64,000 bases of DNA from Bythopirellula sp. (lineage in GTDB: Bacteria; Planctomycetota; Planctomycetia; Pirellulales; Lacipirellulaceae): the NCBI GenBank assembly GCA_965216565.1, contig OZ244170.1, forward strand, positions 2,080,001 to 2,144,000, in the 5' to 3' direction. Both the position numbers and the translations under genes were made by a program. Numbering within the stretch: the first letter of the stretch is position 1; each line of letters opens with the position of its first letter. The notes under the pieces are model-generated. The model made no database searches. It was not told the DNA's origin and saw nothing but the letters and a program-made list of their open reading frames with translations. This document shows positions 28,925-38,636 of this stretch, piece by piece.

Positions 28925-29200
28925 ACTCGAGAGCGGCAGTGTTTTCTGCAGGCTATCGATAGGCCTGCTAGTATCATTGCGATTGATTCCGGAACGCCGG
29001 TTACATTAAGAAGAAAAGTGTTTCCGTAAGCCATTTGCCATTCGATCAAATCTTCTCAGCTAAATGGACTGGGCGAATCGCCAACTTGCCAGTTTAAGAA
29101 ATCCAGCCCGTCAATATTGGCGTTGCTGTCGAAGTCGCCCGGAGTGAGAACCGTCAGTGTGCCGCCACCTGTGAATCTTCCGCTGGTTCCAAGAATCTGT
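28925..29200 (-). pseudogene. Decayed 3' end of a PEP-CTERM protein gene
   Basis: Minus-strand translation SGRFTGGGTLTVLTPGDFDSNANIDGLDFLNWQVGDSPSPFS*EDLIEWQMAYGNTF, then after a frameshift VTGVPESIAMILAGLSIAC. Stops and a frameshift, no 5' part. Confidence 0.75.
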
Positions 29201-29248
29201 TGACCGAACCGAGCTGCCCAGATGGGCCGCCCGCCAAGAATTCGAATC

Positions 29249-29752
29249 TTATTTACTGGAGAGTTTCAGTTCTTTAAAATTGTCTTCGCCCGCTTTCACG
29301 TCGATGGTCAGTCCTGAAGATTTTGCGGTCGAGTACTTGGGAGGAATAGGAACTGTGCCCGGGGCAGGTTTCTCGCCCTCACCGAGTGGTATCGCAACAA
29401 CGGTAACGTTGTGAGTTCCGACCTGAGCACCATCATCAGCCTCATAAGTGCCGACAACAAATGAGCCATCCTGATTAATCACTCCCTTAGCCATCCGCCC
29501 CTTCGCCGGAACAATGTAAACGAATCCATTCGGCAAAGGCTTGCCATCTAGGGTAACCGTACCGCTTACCGGCGCCGTTTCCAACTCATGCGCATTTCCA
29601 CCACAGCCAACTACAAATAACAAGGTGGCCGATAAAGTCAGAACTTGACTCATCCTCGCAAGCCGTGCTGCCAGCTTGGTTTGAAGAAAAAGCGATTTGT
29701 ATGTCGGCGCCTGCTGCTGGTCACACACTTTTGTTTTTGTTTCCATTCTCAA
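29249..29752 (-). CDS. DUF1559-associated small lipoprotein
   Basis: VVGC lipobox, APVSGTVTLDGKPL, GRMAKG, DGAQVGTH.V and IPPKY. Close paralog of 28359-28892. Confidence 0.87.
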   Translation of the reverse strand: MRMETKTKVCDQQQAPTYKSLFLQTKLAARLARMSQVLTLSATLLFVVGCGGNAHELETAPVSGTVTLDGKPLPNGFVYIVPAKGRMAKGVINQDGSFVVGTYEADDGAQVGTHNVTVVAIPLGEGEKPAPGTVPIPPKYSTAKSSGLTIDVKAGEDNFKELKLSSK

Positions 29753-29832
29753 CTTCTTACTTTAAGAGATACCTATTAGTGAGAAACCAATCAACTGTTT
29801 AAGGGATAAAGGCAGTCTTCGGCAAAGCAGAG

Positions 29833-30936
29833 CTAATTGAAATCGGCAATCTCGCCTCCCTCACGGCTAGAGAGCATCATCAGAGTCTCCAATTCAACGT
29901 TTTCGCCGACAAATTGGACCGATCCGTCTGCCATTGCAAAGTGACATCCGCCTGGATGCTCAGACCCGAAACTTACGTCGTTGCGCGTGGTCTGTCTAAA
30001 TTCCAATGCGTTTAGCGGATTCGTCATGTTTCTTGCCGTATAGTAGAAGCTGCCTGATTTCCCAACCCACCAAGGCCTGGTGGTCTGAACATCCGGGTCG
30101 CCCCAAGCAGACTCGCCAATGAGAAAGGTATTGCTCGTACCATCGGTAATCTGTTGAAAAGAGACTTTATTGTCGGCAATAATAATGCCATTTTGTGCCA
30201 CTCTACCGGGACCATTCCCACTTGCGTTTCTGCATGTGGTACTAGTTGGAGAAGTAGTTTCCATGACTAGAGGACTTGAATCGTTGTCACAATAGTCAAT
30301 GAGTCGAGTTCCACCATAGTTGATGAGATTCGCACCCAGCACTGCTACGTAGTGAGTCGCTAAGTGTGACTCACGATTATAGGATCCTCCGTCGTGAGGA
30401 GATTGGCCAGAGCCAAACGGGTTCACCATTTGGAAGGGTTCGTAACTTGGACATTTAAACGTAGCGATTTCAGGCGTATGTAGCACCGAGGATAGTGGAT
30501 TTCCCGGCTCAGCAAGGGGCTGTTGGTACCAGAGCTTGGACTTGTCGATGGAATCATAGATAGTTCCGAGTTCAAGGTAGGGGAGAACAAAGGTAAGGTA
30601 TCCCCACTGATTGGCATGTTGGTGATTTAGGCTGGAGTCAAGTTTACTGCTTGAAGCTGGGAATTTGTTAGCAGCGACGGAATAGTTTTGACAGGCTAAC
30701 GAGACTTGTCTCATATGGTTCTGGCAGGTCATACGACGGGCCGCTTCTCGAGCCGCCTGCACCGCCGGAAGAAGCAGTGAAACCAGCACACCGATGATCG
30801 AAATCACAACCAGTAATTCTACGAGTGTAAAACCTCTGGGCATATTTGATCTAGCAGCGTGATGCTGCCCAGTAATGACTTTACTGCTATTGTCCCGCAC
30901 GGAGAGTCCTAGAAAAAATTTACGACTATGGATCAT
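29833..30936 (-). CDS. DUF1559 prepilin-type domain protein
   Basis: [15 protein letters not shown]...AREAARR, ITDGTSNT and HPGGCHFAMADGSV. Start likely ATG 30936 (or 30843) rather than 31092. Confidence 0.93.
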   Translation of the reverse strand: MIHSRKFFLGLSVRDNSSKVITGQHHAARSNMPRGFTLVELLVVISIIGVLVSLLLPAVQAAREAARRMTCQNHMRQVSLACQNYSVAANKFPASSSKLDSSLNHQHANQWGYLTFVLPYLELGTIYDSIDKSKLWYQQPLAEPGNPLSSVLHTPEIATFKCPSYEPFQMVNPFGSGQSPHDGGSYNRESHLATHYVAVLGANLINYGGTRLIDYCDNDSSPLVMETTSPTSTTCRNASGNGPGRVAQNGIIIADNKVSFQQITDGTSNTFLIGESAWGDPDVQTTRPWWVGKSGSFYYTARNMTNPLNALEFRQTTRNDVSFGSEHPGGCHFAMADGSVQFVGENVELETLMMLSSREGGEIADFN

Positions 30937-31168
30937 GATTCTTTGAATCCTATTTAGTGACTTCGCGTACCGGAATCGATGCCCTTCGAAACTCGAATTC
31001 CGCAAGAAATCTGGGGCCTTTTCTCGACAAGAACGATGGGGTCGCCCAATAAGCAAAGTGCCAACCAACCAGAAAGTAGCGATAGGAAACACGCATGATT
31101 GCAGCCACCATCAACCGCCAGAATCTACACAGTTAAGCTCGAGCACTCCACACTCGTTCTACTTTTCC

Positions 31169-31195
31169 TACGTCAATTTACTGCCAGATTGGACA
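31169..31195 (-). promoter_or_regulatory. Putative ECF-sigma promoter TGTCCA-N17-CGTA for the DUF1559/lipoprotein/GH106 run
   Basis: Minus strand TGTCCA atctggcagtaaattga CGTA ggaa. Confidence 0.7.
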
Positions 31196-31366
31196 AAGAA
31201 AATCCTTGAAACCATGCATTTACAACTGTTAAAAGAAGCGTTTTGATCGGCTCAGAATACCCTTGCCATACAGTCTCCGGCTACTGAGCCTTGGCTCTGC
31301 CAGAAGCCCATCTAGCGACTCAGAAGGCATAAGAACGGGTTTCGCCTCTTTTTCTCTATTTTTTTA

Positions 31367-31392
31367 GTCCATTCTCTCGCATCTGGGGCGTA
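31367..31392 (+). promoter_or_regulatory. Putative autoregulatory ECF promoter GTCCA-N17-CGTA, 8 nt before the sigma factor ATG (near-leaderless mRNA)
   Basis: GTCCA ttctctcgcatctgggg CGTA tttctacg ATG; no Shine-Dalgarno sequence. Confidence 0.72.
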
Positions 31393-31400
31393 TTTCTACG

Positions 31401-31952
31401 ATGTCAGATTCCACGAAAAAACCCGGCCCACCCGCTGATTCTCAGCGATACGAACTATTCGTCAAGCTCTTGCTAGAGCATGAGCCGAGTGTGCGTGCTT
31501 TCCTGCGTGGATTACTTCCAACTTGGCAGGATGTTGAAGAAGTCACCCAAGAAGCAAGCTTGGTGGCATGGCGGAAATTTTCTGAATTCGAAGAAGGCTC
31601 ATCATTCGGCGGCTGGTTGCTGACAATAGCTCGGTATGAAGCAATGAGTCATCGACGACGTCTGGCACGAACGCCAATGGTATTTTCCTCCGATGTTTGG
31701 GAACTCTTGGCATCAGAGGCGGCTAAGGAGGATTACAGCCTTTTGCGTCGCCAATATCTTGAAGATTGTCTAAAAAAACTGGATGCTACTAGTCGCGAGC
31801 TACTGATGAAAGTTTACTCCCCTGGCGTTGTGATGCGTGAAGTTGCAAAGCAATCGGGTAAGGGCGAGCAAGCATTTTATAAAGTCATTCAACGTTTGCG
31901 GTCCGCACTCCTGAAATGCATTTCGAAGGCCATGGCCAAGGAAGGTGTGTGA
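31401..31952 (+). CDS. ECF RNA polymerase sigma-70 factor (Rhodopirellula/Verrucomicrobium-type)
   Basis: DVEEVTQEASLVAWRKF, FGGWLLTIARY, and region 4 LEDCLKKL...YKVIQRLRSALLKCI. Confidence 0.95.
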   Translation: MSDSTKKPGPPADSQRYELFVKLLLEHEPSVRAFLRGLLPTWQDVEEVTQEASLVAWRKFSEFEEGSSFGGWLLTIARYEAMSHRRRLARTPMVFSSDVWELLASEAAKEDYSLLRRQYLEDCLKKLDATSRELLMKVYSPGVVMREVAKQSGKGEQAFYKVIQRLRSALLKCISKAMAKEGV

Positions 31953-33643
31953 TGGCTGAAAGTAATATGAAACAAACAGAATTTGAAAATTTAATCGCGG
32001 CATGGCTTGACGGTCGGCTCGACGAGGATGGCTCGCAAGCACTGCAAAAGAAATTGTGTCAGTCTGCATCGGCCAGAGAGGAATTTCTTAGGTACGCAGG
32101 TCTCGATGTGGCTCTTCACGAGGTTGCTGACACCAGCGGAATGATGAACCCCTCGAAGCTAGCTGCCATTGTTGCCGAGGCAAATACTGCTGAATTAAGT
32201 TCAACTGATTCGCAAGAGCGAGTTCTATTGCAATCGATCAAGGCGGATGAGAAAAGAGTTGGTTCTGCAAATCGAGCTACATTCTCTAGCATGCCGTCCT
32301 CTAGTATGTCGTCTTGGTTCATGGCTCTTGCTGTGGGCATGCTGCTCGCCGTGACGCTGATTGGCTATGTCTTGACAATGGGTGACCCGCAGGCGGGATC
32401 TGTTGCTGGACTCGCTTCGGACAATGAGCTGGCAAACAACAGTCCGGAAAAACGTGTTCTTCTGCGAAGGCCCCCAGCACCCGTTGCCACGTTGTCATCG
32501 GTCGAGGGAGCCCTGTGGGAGAAGTCGCAGCGTGAAGTGGGCGAGGCCCTGTACGAAGGAGAGTGGGTCAGCTTATTGGAGGGCAAGGCGCGTATTAGTA
32601 TCGGTTTTGGGGCAGAAATCGTTGCTAGCGCGCCTTGCTCGCTAACTGTGTTGTCCAAGGATCGTGTCGAGTTACACGAAGGCAACGTTGCGGTCGACGT
32701 AGCGCCATGGGCCGTCGGGTTCACGGTGGCTACTGAGGAAATGGACGTTGTCGATCTCGGAACGACGTTTACGGTCTCTGCCACTCCAGGAATGAAGTCG
32801 GAAACGACAGTTCTCAAAGGCGTCGTCCGGGTACATCCTTCAAAGTTTGCAGAGAATGAACGTCGGGGGCTGCTAGTCTCAGAGGGACGTCGTATGTCGA
32901 TCGACGGTATGGGATCGCATGAGAACGTTCGTGAAGAGAACGTGCAACAGTTACTTGGTAGCTTGGATTTTGGAGCTACTGGTCCCTATCGACCCGTCGA
33001 TTTGAAGAATACCGGAATTGGGCTTTCCGCTGGCGATGAAGATCAGCACTGGCGGGTGGTAGCCGGGCCTGAAAAGAACTTCGGTGGTCAGCAATTCGCC
33101 TCGGTGTGTGTTCCTCACGAAGCGTACTTGCCGAACGATCCCCAAAAATCGCAATGGATATCCGTTGCTGATTGGGAGACCGCCGCGGCCAATTCTACTT
33201 ATACATTTCGAACTGAGTTTGATCTGAACGATTACAACCTTTCCACTATTCAATTGTTTGGCCGTTTCTTAGCGGACAATGGAATTGAGGCAGTCCGGGT
33301 TAACGGTAATCCAGTGCGAGTACAGTCTTGGGTTGACAATGTGTGGCTTCAACCGTTTGGCGATTCACAATTTCGTTTTGTCAATATTACCGAGGGTTTG
33401 GCCCAAGGTCGAAATGTTATAGAAGTGGACGTGCGAAATGGCATGATGCGCCAGTGGGACAAGAACGAGGAAAACGTAATACTTAGTTCCATTCCTAATC
33501 CAATGGCCCTGCGTGTTGAGTGGTATGCTTTTGGTCGACCGAATCGTATTGCAGGGCTGAACGAAAACTCTCAGCTATTCCATTCAATCCACAATCGAGC
33601 CAAGCCTTTGTTGACGCTTTCTCACAGGAAGACTGGAAGTTGA
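31952..33643 (+). CDS. FecR-like transmembrane anti-sigma factor with C-terminal carbohydrate-binding-like domain
   Basis: TGATG coupling to the sigma gene; N-terminal LIAAWLDGRL; one TM; FecR core GFTV.T...VVDLGTTF.V...V..G.V; C-terminal WIS...FRTEFDL...ADN...VNG...G.N.IEV.V.N. Confidence 0.9.
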   Translation: MAESNMKQTEFENLIAAWLDGRLDEDGSQALQKKLCQSASAREEFLRYAGLDVALHEVADTSGMMNPSKLAAIVAEANTAELSSTDSQERVLLQSIKADEKRVGSANRATFSSMPSSSMSSWFMALAVGMLLAVTLIGYVLTMGDPQAGSVAGLASDNELANNSPEKRVLLRRPPAPVATLSSVEGALWEKSQREVGEALYEGEWVSLLEGKARISIGFGAEIVASAPCSLTVLSKDRVELHEGNVAVDVAPWAVGFTVATEEMDVVDLGTTFTVSATPGMKSETTVLKGVVRVHPSKFAENERRGLLVSEGRRMSIDGMGSHENVREENVQQLLGSLDFGATGPYRPVDLKNTGIGLSAGDEDQHWRVVAGPEKNFGGQQFASVCVPHEAYLPNDPQKSQWISVADWETAAANSTYTFRTEFDLNDYNLSTIQLFGRFLADNGIEAVRVNGNPVRVQSWVDNVWLQPFGDSQFRFVNITEGLAQGRNVIEVDVRNGMMRQWDKNEENVILSSIPNPMALRVEWYAFGRPNRIAGLNENSQLFHSIHNRAKPLLTLSHRKTGS

Positions 33644-33740
33644 GATAGCGGCTTCAGTTCGTTACTGCCGACGTCTCTTGCTTTTCCCACCTCCGATAAG
33701 TCGCCGCTGAGTCTTTTACAGAAGAAGAGATTGGTAACGA

Positions 33741-35630
33741 ATGAAACTCTCTAAACTCAACCCTGCCTGGATTGTTGCAGTCGCGGTAGCGATCCTGTCT
33801 TGGAGCGAGCCAACTTGTTTAGCAGAGTCCGTAGATTCTCCACCGGCGACGCAAGTCGCTATGCGAGGTCCATCGCAATCTTTCGATGCATCGAAACCCC
33901 CTGCATCTGACTCGATTGTTCTCATTGAGCAAGAGCCGCAATCCATCCGTAGATTAGCCTCGGGTGCAGTATTGGTAGACTTCGGCAAGGTAGCATTTGG
34001 CAATCTGAAGCTGTTCTCACCAGCAGAGTTCGACGGCCCGGTGAAAGTACGGCTTGGTGAGAAGCTACTTAATGGCGTTATTGATCGAAAGCCACCGGGG
34101 ACTGTTCGATTTAGCGAAGTCGATGTCCAGCTAACCCCAGGTGCGGTAATGATTGTTGCTCCGCTAGCTGACGAAAGAAATTCACAGCAATCGAGAGAAG
34201 TCGGCCGTAGGGGAAATGTAACGCCACCTGCGGTTCTGACTCCGCCCGCCTGGGGAGTGGTCACTCCATTCCGTTGGGTCGAAATTGAAGGCTTGCCTGG
34301 CAATCTAAGCCCAGAGCAGGTTGTCCGTAGGGCTGCTTTCCCAAAGCATTGGAATGAGGATTCTGCCTCGTTCGCATGTTCAGACGAAACACTAAACCGC
34401 GTGTGGGAACTGTGCCGCTATTCAATCAAGGCAACCATGTTCGCTGGAGTATACGTCGATGGCGATCGCGAGCGAATACCCTACGAAGCCGATGCGTACC
34501 TTAATCAATTGAGCCACTATTACGTAGACCACGATCCAAGTATGGCACGCCAGACCTTTGACTGGCTGATGGAGTATCCCACGTGGCCCACTGAATGGGG
34601 GCCCCACATGGTCTTCATGGCACATGCTGAGTGGATGCAAAATGGCGATGTCGAGTGGATCTCTCAGCGGTACGAAAGCTTGAAATCGAAAACACTTATC
34701 GAACGCTGCCGCGATTCGGGATTGGTACATAGCAATCAGGAGCAGATCGAATGGAACGATATCGTTGATTGGCCTCCAGCCGAGCGAGATGGTTACATAC
34801 GTTCGGAAGTGAATACCGTCATCAATGCATTCCACCTGGCAGCAATAGAAAAAATGGCTGACCTTGCTGCCGTGGTCGGGGCAAAGGAAGACGTTCAACG
34901 ATTCAAAGAACATGCTCAATTCACCAGGCAAGTCTTTCAAAATCATTTGTTCGACTCGGCCACGGGGCTTTACCGCGATGGTCTTGGCGTCAACAACTAT
35001 TCTCAACATGCCAATTTTTTCCCGCTAGCCTTCGGTCTTGTAGAAGAGAATGATCGTCAAAAGATTACGGACTGGCTCTGCGAGCGAGGAATAAAATGTT
35101 CCGTGTATGCAGCCCAATATCTTCTGGAGGGGCTTTTTGAAAGTGGAGCTGGTCAGTGCGCAGTCGAATTGATGATCGCACCGGATGAAAGAAGCTGGCG
35201 ACATATGCTCGAAGGCGATGCGACGATTACCTGGGAAGCGTGGAGTGATCGGATCAAAACCAATCTAGATTGGAATCATGCCTGGGGAGCCGCTCCCGCC
35301 AATTTATTGCCGCGGTATGTTCTAGGTGCTCGGCCTGCTTCACCTGGGTGGACTCGCGCTAAAATTCGACCAAACCCGAGCGGACTTCGGTTCGCTCGAG
35401 GTATAATACCGACTCCGCATGGGCCAATTTCTATCGATTGGCAGCGCAAGGATAGTTTTCGAATGGAACTGAGCTTACCTGCCGAAATGACTGCTTCGGT
35501 TCACATTCCAACGGCACCCAATACGAAGGGTGTGTTCGTGGATGGACAACATGTCGAAGCCGAACTGGATGGCAACTATTGGATCCTTGCCGACGACCTA
35601 TCGGGTGATTCGCTGATCGAACTCCGCTAG
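33741..35630 (+). CDS. Glycoside hydrolase family 78 (alpha-L-rhamnosidase-like), short architecture
   Basis: LVDFGKVAFG, FRWVEI, F.CSDE.LN.VW, DGDRERIPYEAD, TITWEAW, NHAWGAAP and TPHGPISIDW. Confidence 0.88.
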   Translation: MKLSKLNPAWIVAVAVAILSWSEPTCLAESVDSPPATQVAMRGPSQSFDASKPPASDSIVLIEQEPQSIRRLASGAVLVDFGKVAFGNLKLFSPAEFDGPVKVRLGEKLLNGVIDRKPPGTVRFSEVDVQLTPGAVMIVAPLADERNSQQSREVGRRGNVTPPAVLTPPAWGVVTPFRWVEIEGLPGNLSPEQVVRRAAFPKHWNEDSASFACSDETLNRVWELCRYSIKATMFAGVYVDGDRERIPYEADAYLNQLSHYYVDHDPSMARQTFDWLMEYPTWPTEWGPHMVFMAHAEWMQNGDVEWISQRYESLKSKTLIERCRDSGLVHSNQEQIEWNDIVDWPPAERDGYIRSEVNTVINAFHLAAIEKMADLAAVVGAKEDVQRFKEHAQFTRQVFQNHLFDSATGLYRDGLGVNNYSQHANFFPLAFGLVEENDRQKITDWLCERGIKCSVYAAQYLLEGLFESGAGQCAVELMIAPDERSWRHMLEGDATITWEAWSDRIKTNLDWNHAWGAAPANLLPRYVLGARPASPGWTRAKIRPNPSGLRFARGIIPTPHGPISIDWQRKDSFRMELSLPAEMTASVHIPTAPNTKGVFVDGQHVEAELDGNYWILADDLSGDSLIELR

Positions 35631-35675
35631 GAATCGTCGTCATCCGAAAATTTAGAGACTGAAGAGGCGCTACGT

Positions 35676-38636
35676 ATGTTTGGGAATTATTGGAAAGGCA
35701 CCGAATCCATGCAACATCAACTAAAGACGATCCCGATGGCTTTGTTTCAACAGCTTTTAAGCTTCCGTTCTAAGAGAGAGGCACTGAAGCACGTGGGATT
35801 GGCAGTTGCCCTCATTTGCCTCCTCATCACTCCCTCGATGGGACAGCTTAGCGTAAGTCTAACGAACGACATGTTATTAGACTCCGATGCTTTGATTTTG
35901 CCTACGGCCGGCAACTTCGCCACAACGATCAATGGCCAGCCGTATCAGCAAGAAGCGCTTATCACACACGAAGGCTATCAGTATGCAACCTGGTACCACA
36001 ATAGTCCTACTGACGAAGACGTCTATATTTCTCGCCGCGACTTAACTGGAACGACTTGGGAGACCTTTGACACCGGGTTCGGCTTAGAAAACGGCGATGG
36101 CACAGCCACAACAACCAACAAGGAATGGGATTCGCACAATGTCATTGGGTTGGGGATTTCCGGTGATGGACGTATCCACTTGTCCTTCGATCATCACGAT
36201 CATCCACTACGTTATGCCACTACAAATACTGGAGTCGCCACTAGTTCAGGTGGCACCTGGAACAGTACGATCTTTAACGCCGAGCGAGATTCGTTGAACG
36301 TAAGTGGCAGTACAGTTTCACGCGTCACCTATCCTCGTTTCACCAATGTGGGCGACGACCTCGTGTTTACCTACCGCGAACGCGGCAGCGGTAACGGCGA
36401 CGTAAGAATTGCAGACTACGACTCTCAAACAGGTCTCTGGAGTAGCACTCGTTTTGTCAATGAGGGAGCTGTTGGAACTGGAATTTATGACGACATCAAT
36501 AGTAATCCGTCAGATAGGCGCAACGCATACCATAATGGGTTCCATACCGACAGTACCGGTAGGTTGCACACGACTTGGACTTGGCGTGAATCTACTCAGG
36601 ATGGAAACCACGACCTCTTGTACGCCTATAGTGATGACAAGGGAGTCACCTGGTACAATACTGACGATGTCTTAGTGGGAACGAATTCCTCACCCATCTC
36701 TTTGAACTCCGACGTTGAGGTTGTCGATCTTGATCGCCGCCAGGCATTACTCAATCAGCAGGGCCAGATTGTTGATCCAGACGGAGGCGTTCACGCGCTG
36801 ATGTTCCATCGCACTCCGGGGCATTCTTTCACGAATTCGCCTTTCAGCGATCGGCCAAATTCCGAGTATTTTCACTATTATCGTGACCCGCAAACGGGCA
36901 CCTGGGATGTTAGCGCGTTTCCGGCTGGGACAACAGTGGGGAGCCGCCCCAGGATCACTACAGATAGCAACGGCCATCTATTCGGCCTTTTCACTGAAGG
37001 CGACGACCTAGTTATCGCTGGCGCAGAGAAAACTTTGAGTGGCTATGAAGACTGGCAGATTCTACACCGAGACCAAACATACAATTACGATGGTACACCA
37101 CTGATTGACAATCAGCGTTTGCTCGATGAAGGGATTTTGTCGGTCTTTATTCAAGATGAAGGTAGCCCTCACCCAACTAATCCAACCGGTAGCCCGCTGC
37201 GTGTTCTTGAATTTAACACCAATGTGCCATCCGTATCACCGGGCACACTGATCGCTGGCTGGGATAACTGGAATAGTTCTGGGATACATGCCCCGAATGT
37301 TACCGATGGTTTTACCACAGGCACAACCGCCACTAGCGGCTTTAGTCTCGACTCAGACCAAAGGGCCAGCACCGACGGTACCTGGGGAACTTTGGATACA
37401 CCTGTCGCAGACATAACGTCAGACGAAAATAGCGATGCTGTGAGATTGACTAACGGTACATCTGGTCATTACGACTTTACGGTGACGGACACAGGCGGTG
37501 CCGCCAGAGATTTGAGTTCATTTCTATTCGATGCTGCAACCTTCCGACCAAACTCTGCACGGGATTATGAACTGTCGGTGCTTTCAGGTGACCTCACCAT
37601 TGGTAGTGTTGCCACTGGGAACGTGCCCTCGTTTGCTGCGGGAGTTCAAGATTGGTCGAACTTCAATATCAACCTTACGGGCTTAGCTGACCACACTTTG
37701 GATGCAAACGGAACTGTCACGTTTCGGCTTGAGTTCACCGGGGGGACGCCTGGCTCTTCGGGCCACCATCAGGGCCTCGACAACGTTGCAATAGCTGCCT
37801 CCATGGAGGTGCCAGATCCTCAGAGCACTCTCATTGCTGGCTGGGAGCAATGGGCTTCAGGGGCTGGCGTAAAAGCTGCGACCCAATCCGTTGCTGGTCT
37901 AACAGCCACGACCACCAACAATACTGGTAACAACAATGGATTCGGACTCGACAGTGACGGCAGCACTGACGGGACATGGGGAACACTTGATACCCCTTCA
38001 GCTGATGCGACAACCGATGAAAACGCTGATGGATATAGGTTGACTAATGGTGAGGACGGATCTTTGGATTTTGTGCTGACTGACACAAGCGGAGTCGCCA
38101 GAGACTTGACCATGTTCCATTTCGATACAGGTACCTTTAGGCCTGACGCAGCCCATTTATGGGAGCTAGAAGTGGTTTCTGGTGATCTCACTATTGGTTC
38201 GGTTATGAGTGGAGATGCTGCGAATATCACAGGTGGCGTCATCGATTGGTACGATTATGACATCGACCTCACCGGCCTGGCTGATTTCACTTTGGATGCC
38301 AACGGCACAGTCACGTTCCGACTGAGTTTTACGGGCGGCAGTCTTGGAACAAGTGGCCACCACCAGTATCTCGACAATGTGGCCATCTCTGCGATCGTCG
38401 ATGCAGGTCTCCCCGGCGACTTCGACGGAAATGGCATCGTCGATGGCTTGGATTTCCTCTACTGGCAGGTTAATCTCGGCGATTCTGCAAATCTTGCCTT
38501 GTGGGAGACGAACTATGGAATGCAGGCTCCAGCAACAGCCTCTTCAGCTGCTGTGCCAGAGCCAAGTGCACCGCTATTGATTGTTTGTGGAATGTTGATG
38601 AGCCTTTTCTCGAGAAGAAGCACATTCCTGAGATGA
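35676..38636 (+). CDS. PEP-CTERM-anchored BNR_4 beta-propeller (PL24/PL42/GH145-like) plus two module copies
   Basis: YQYATWY, WDSHNVIGLGISGDGRIHLSFDHH, VTYPRF, YRE..SGNG, LHTTWTWRE, NHDLLYAYSDDKG.TW; two modules; VPEP. The start may be 35709 or 35736. Confidence 0.85.
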   Translation: MFGNYWKGTESMQHQLKTIPMALFQQLLSFRSKREALKHVGLAVALICLLITPSMGQLSVSLTNDMLLDSDALILPTAGNFATTINGQPYQQEALITHEGYQYATWYHNSPTDEDVYISRRDLTGTTWETFDTGFGLENGDGTATTTNKEWDSHNVIGLGISGDGRIHLSFDHHDHPLRYATTNTGVATSSGGTWNSTIFNAERDSLNVSGSTVSRVTYPRFTNVGDDLVFTYRERGSGNGDVRIADYDSQTGLWSSTRFVNEGAVGTGIYDDINSNPSDRRNAYHNGFHTDSTGRLHTTWTWRESTQDGNHDLLYAYSDDKGVTWYNTDDVLVGTNSSPISLNSDVEVVDLDRRQALLNQQGQIVDPDGGVHALMFHRTPGHSFTNSPFSDRPNSEYFHYYRDPQTGTWDVSAFPAGTTVGSRPRITTDSNGHLFGLFTEGDDLVIAGAEKTLSGYEDWQILHRDQTYNYDGTPLIDNQRLLDEGILSVFIQDEGSPHPTNPTGSPLRVLEFNTNVPSVSPGTLIAGWDNWNSSGIHAPNVTDGFTTGTTATSGFSLDSDQRASTDGTWGTLDTPVADITSDENSDAVRLTNGTSGHYDFTVTDTGGAARDLSSFLFDAATFRPNSARDYELSVLSGDLTIGSVATGNVPSFAAGVQDWSNFNINLTGLADHTLDANGTVTFRLEFTGGTPGSSGHHQGLDNVAIAASMEVPDPQSTLIAGWEQWASGAGVKAATQSVAGLTATTTNNTGNNNGFGLDSDGSTDGTWGTLDTPSADATTDENADGYRLTNGEDGSLDFVLTDTSGVARDLTMFHFDTGTFRPDAAHLWELEVVSGDLTIGSVMSGDAANITGGVIDWYDYDIDLTGLADFTLDANGTVTFRLSFTGGSLGTSGHHQYLDNVAISAIVDAGLPGDFDGNGIVDGLDFLYWQVNLGDSANLALWETNYGMQAPATASSAAVPEPSAPLLIVCGMLMSLFSRRSTFLR

